Assembly: GCA_016748015.1 (NCBI GenBank)
Contig: JAAOMT010000172.1
Coordinates: forward strand, 36,368-49,858
Length of the DNA: 13,491 nt
Source: Geosiphon pyriformis uo1
Lineage: Eukaryota; Fungi; Glomeromycota
Direction: 5' to 3'
Every line of letters begins with the position of its first letter. The first letter of the stretch is position 1. The translations under genes and the position numbers were made by a program. Below the pieces are notes generated by a model. It was not told the DNA's origin. It searched no databases and was given only the letters and a program-made list of their open reading frames with translations. This document shows, piece after piece, positions 9,441 to 13,491 of this stretch.

Positions 9441-10826
9441 ATGAACCCCGAAAACTACAACAATCTCAAACAATATTTGGAGACATTAACAATCCCAACA
9501 GATTGGTCTCCAGACGAAAAACATCAGTTACAACAACAAGCCAAACAATATTTTCTACACAACAACATTATCTATCATCGAAATTTCAAAAACCCAACCA
9601 AACCACTCAGATTAATACAAGAACAGAAAAAAGAGACCATTTTATACAACATGCACTCGGATCCTTCATCAGCACACTTCGGAAAAGATAGCACCACCCA
9701 AAGAACACTAGAATACTACTTTTGGCCTCGAATGAGAAAAGACATTCACGAATATGTCAAATCTTGTGATAGTTGTCAAAGAAGAGGAGGAACTCGCCCT
9801 ACAGAACCTTTAAATCCAATCAAAGTTGGACAGCCTTTTGACAGAGTTGGTATTGATTTAGTCGGACCACTATCTATTACCATTCAAGAAAACTGTTATA
9901 TTGCAGTAGCTGTAGACTATCTTACTAAATGGCCTGAAGCCAGAGCCATTCAACAAGCAGATGCAAAATCAGTAGCAAATTTTATCTACGAAGATATTAT
10001 TTGTAGACATGGATGTCCAATTGAACTTTTATCTGATCAGGGAACACACTTTGTGAACAACCTGATACAAGAAATTTGTGAACAATTCAATGTCAAAAGA
10101 CCTCTGTTTTCGCCCTACCATTCACAAACAAATGGACTTGTGGAACGTTTTAACAGAACATTGTGTGAGTCATTAGCCAAAGTCTCAACCGATTTTGAGC
10201 AAGAATGAGATTTCTTTATTCCATCAGTGTTATTAGCATATAGGACATTAAAACAAGACACCACGAAACACACACCATTTGATTTAACTTATGGAAGGAT
10301 GGCAATGTTACCAATTAGTTTTACAGTAAAAACATACCCAGCACAACCAATCAATGAAAACAATTTCCAAGAAATGCTTCAGTGAAAAGCCTACACACTA
10401 CTTAGCACATTGGAAGGAAAACGATGAATAGCAGCCACCCATATTGAATACTCCCAAGCTAAACAAAAAGAACAGCATAATGACAAATTGCCTTCAGTCA
10501 CCAATGAATTTAAAATTGGAAACAAAGTTCTCTTACACAGAACTAAAGCTGAAAAACAATGGAGTGGAAAATTCGAAAATAAATGGGATGGACCATTCTT
10601 TATCCATGAAGTCCTAGGCAATGGATCATACAAGCTAAGACTTGATGACAAAATTCTAGCAAAAGTTGCACATGAAGATCATTTGAAACACTATTATTCC
10701 AGAAACAATTCTGAACTATTAATTCCACAAATTGGTACACATTCTCCTTTGGTCAGTCCCGAAGATATTCCCCAAAACTTAGAACCAATAGTTGTCATTG
10801 AACAACCTTCCAACCTGAACACTTAA
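9441..10826 (+). pseudogene. pol: Integrase (HHCC zinc finger, DDE core, GPY/F and SH3-like C-terminus; no chromodomain)
   Basis: HSDPSSAHFG..CDSC; GIDLVGP, SDQG, GLVERFN; TPFDLTYGR; KWDGPF. Stops at 10206, 10383 and 10425. Confidence 0.96.
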
Positions 10827-10944
10827 TTTAATTTTACTAGTCATTCTCTTATAATTTAGAAATACTCTCAAAAACAAAAACAAAAAAAATAATAACATAA
10901 AAACCCATACACCAAAAATAATTTTTATTTTTTAATTGCTTATA

Positions 10945-11663
10945 ATGACTATTTCTCAAAACATTCAACAATTATCCCAAAAACTAATGTTAGCTTTAAA
11001 AACAATACCCGAATTATCTATTACTGTTACTGGAAACCACATTAATTATACCCAAACAGAAGTAGTTACAAATTTAGCCCCAAACTCACAAAAATATTAC
11101 CCATATAAAAAGAACACAAGAAGTTATACTGGAATTCACCTGCCAGAACTTTTAAAGCTTGCTTTAAGAGAAAACCTAATGCTCACTTTGATTAGTATTC
11201 CACCAAATGCTACAATTCAACAAAAACTTCAACTGTGTCTCAATGAAGAAAACACTAAATATTCTCCAATCTATAGATATTTTCACATTGGAAAAACACT
11301 CTACAAATGGAAACTGGAACTTACAACAGCAAACCTCACAAAAAAAACTATTCAGAAACAATTCACAACAAATTCAAAACAACAGCTGGATTAACAAACA
11401 GTTGTTATAGGCTTAGAGCCGCTCTTAGACTTTATGACCTATTCCACACCTGTGAAAACATACTACAAAACCCAATTTTTCAACCTTTGAAGATTCAATA
11501 CATTGGAAAGCTCACAGAACTGAAATTTCAACAATTTTCAGACCAAATTTCTTCAATAATTTTGGATTATTATCTGGAAAAAACAGACAGTACTTGGACT
11601 TTGACGGAGCTCAGTCTTGAGAAGGAGGTTATGTTACCAGACAAAATTAGAGATATTATTTAG
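10945..11663 (+). pseudogene. Additional ORF3 (~238 aa, one frameshift near 11350-11360), function unknown
   Basis: ATG at 10945 follows a ~118-bp A/T-rich spacer. Overlapping ORFs 10936-11394 and 11307-11663 tile the whole IN-to-LTR interval. The frame reads through the PPT and stops 30 nt inside the 3' LTR. Confidence 0.65.
11619..11628 (+). promoter_or_regulatory. Polypurine tract
   Basis: GAGAAGGAGG, separated from the 3' LTR start by TTA. Confidence 0.85.
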
Positions 11664-12614
11664 CATGAAATTATCTTATAATTCCTATCATTAATTAGCA
11701 TATATTATTGTTTTAAATGATCACTTATTACATTAGCAAAAATATCTGAAATTATCATTTAATTAATAACTCAAATTGTACACAACACAAATGTAACCTA
11801 ATTGCAATGATCAATCATGCAATACCCCGAACTATGTAACATTCAGAAGTTCGCTGAAATTTGTAGAAATTCACCGAAATAATTGATAATTCACCGAAAT
11901 ATCTAATAGTTCGCCAAAATAACTTGTAGTTTACCGAAATGTATCTTTAGTTCAGCAAAATTGTAGAAAATAGCAAAGTTTAAGTTCATAGAATAGTGTT
12001 ACAACAAGTTGTATAAAAAAAAAGCTTCTCTCTTCGAGAAAATGTATCTTACTTAAGATTTATCTCTTAAAAACCATTTCTATACACATAAAGAGAAATA
12101 AATATCAAATAATTCAAAAAACCAAATTCTTTAAATTATTGGACTTGAAAAATCCCCAAAACCCAACTAATATTTCGAAATTGATTAGCTACCAATTTTA
12201 GTAAACTGTTAGTAACTCCAGGCCTGGATAGAAAACGTTTCCCTTGATAAAATCCTATTTCTTTTACATTTTTTTTATTTTCTTTTCTTTTCTTATTACA
12301 ATCATTAGGGTAGCCTACAGACGATATTCCTGTAGAAAAGTTGACTTTCATAGTAAAGTAACTACACATTTTTAGTGAGCTTTCAGATGAGCAATTTCTG
12401 GGAAAGAGTTGATGTTTACTACAACGTAACTATATAAAGCAACTGGCACGGAACTGGCCATTCTACTCATAAGCCCAGCAAGTTCAAATTATAGGAGATA
12501 ATTTGAAGATAAATTCAGTTACTGGAGGTTCAACCACATCCAGAAAACGTGAATTTACAGCAAATAAGTATCAACAACATTACAGAAAAGAGATCAAAAA
12601 AACCTCTGGTAACA
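11632..12614 (+). repeat. 3' LTR (983 bp)
   Basis: TGTTACCAGA...TCTGGTAACA, a perfect 10-bp terminal inverted repeat. Directly preceded by the PPT. Confidence 0.97.
11849..11961. repeat. Same 20-bp motif array in the 3' LTR
   Basis: Homologous to 3051-3163 (offset 8798). Confidence 0.9.
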
Positions 12615-12618
12615 ATGG
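12615..12618 (+). repeat. Target-site duplication, right copy (ATGG)
   Basis: Immediately follows the terminal CA of the 3' LTR and matches 2830-2833. Confidence 0.93.
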
Positions 12619-12914
12619 GAAAGAAAAATGTCTCGGTTTTAACTTCTCTGTGGTGTTCACTTTTGCTTTTCTTGGCATAAAATGTATTCTGTGACTACTG
12701 GTTAAGTGGAAGGCAATCCAGACTAGCATATGCTTTCTGTGGTTTGTGCTGTTTTGTATTGGTTCAATATTTTATTGATCTTCTTTTTATACCATTCTAG
12801 ACTCAAAGCGTAAAGCCAAACAACTGTCAACTACTTTGCTTTAGTGGCAAACACGATCAACTTCTTGTTATTTATTGCCTCTTTTTGCTTCATCACTATC
12901 ACTTTCCACAGAGT
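12615..12914. repeat. ~770-bp tandem repeat array, unit 2 right part
   Basis: Collinear with about 2056-2355. Confidence 0.93.
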
Positions 12915-13491
12915 TATCATTTCTTTTCTTAATGCTAGTTAAACAATATATAAACTAACTTAGAACTTTTAAACTAAACTAGTAGTTGTCTCTCTTTTTT
13001 ACTTAACCCTCTCTCTCATCTACTCTTCTCACTCACTTATCACTCTCTTATTTACCTACCAAACCAAGAAGTCAATGTTCAAGTCATTGAGTATTGGAAT
13101 GAGAGTTAAAGGTCAGTATCTTTTCACATTTTTCAGAGAATGTGAGCACTTACTATGTTTTGATCAGACATATGCACACACATTGTGGTAGGAAAATGGT
13201 CTGAAATTCATGCTATAAGCTTCGCGCTATAGCTTTGTGCTCAGGAAAGTAGAAAATGCTTAAAGAAATTAGTGAAAGTGATTCTCCTTATACTGATAAG
13301 ATAGGGAAGAAGAGTCGTCCAGGTTTTATGTTCACTATAACATGCACATTTTTGCTTTACAGCAATTGTGCTATACCTCATTCTAATAGTATGGGGAAGA
13401 AGAATATCTGGGTCTTAACTTCTCTGTGGTGTTCACTTTTGCTTTTCTTGGCATGAAATGTATTCCATAACTACTGGTCAAATGGGAGGCA
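12915..13491. repeat. ~770-bp tandem repeat array, unit 3 (runs off the window end)
   Basis: Collinear with 1595-2157. Confidence 0.93.

Larger units (their letters stand above)
2834..12614 (+). mobile_element. Full-length, degenerate Ty3/Gypsy (Metaviridae) LTR retrotransposon, non-chromoviral, carrying dUTPase and an extra ORF
   Basis: Paired ~982-bp direct repeats starting TGTTACCAGA and ending TAACA, 4-bp TSD (ATGG), PBS and PPT. Domain order Gag-PR-RT-RNaseH-IN is diagnostic of Ty3/Gypsy. 13 in-frame stops and one frameshift in gag-pol. Confidence 0.98.

Noticed and set aside
10700-10826. Chromodomain at the integrase C-terminus
   Set aside because: The tail after the GPF/SH3-like part is short and P/E-rich, with no Y-x-V-K-W type chromodomain signature.

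Overview
AT-rich eukaryotic DNA, most likely fungal; an early-diverging or Glomeromycotina-type host is my recollection-based guess and is untested. About 73% of the window is one structurally complete but mutationally dead Ty3/Gypsy LTR retrotransposon (2834-12614, + strand). It has 982/983-bp TG...CA LTRs (about 95.5% identical by manual alignment), a 4-bp ATGG target-site duplication, a PBS and a PPT. Its coding order is unusual: N-terminal extension, Gag capsid, CCHC knuckle, Q/N/Y/P-rich tail, protease, about 200 aa of Cys-rich unknown domain, dUTPase, RT, RNase H, integrase (no chromodomain), then an extra ~238-aa ORF3 running into the 3' LTR. Gag and Pol share one frame, yet a canonical -1 frameshift cassette sits at their boundary (G_GAU_UUU, 7-nt spacer, stem-loop). 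That cassette would truncate the protein to Gag instead of giving access to Pol. The element is inserted in the second unit of a ~770-bp tandem repeat array (1595 to the window end). Both the element and the array carry almost only C>T/G>A changes, mostly in CpA and CpG contexts. Bases 1-1590 appear non-coding, and 4178-4381 is an assembly gap.
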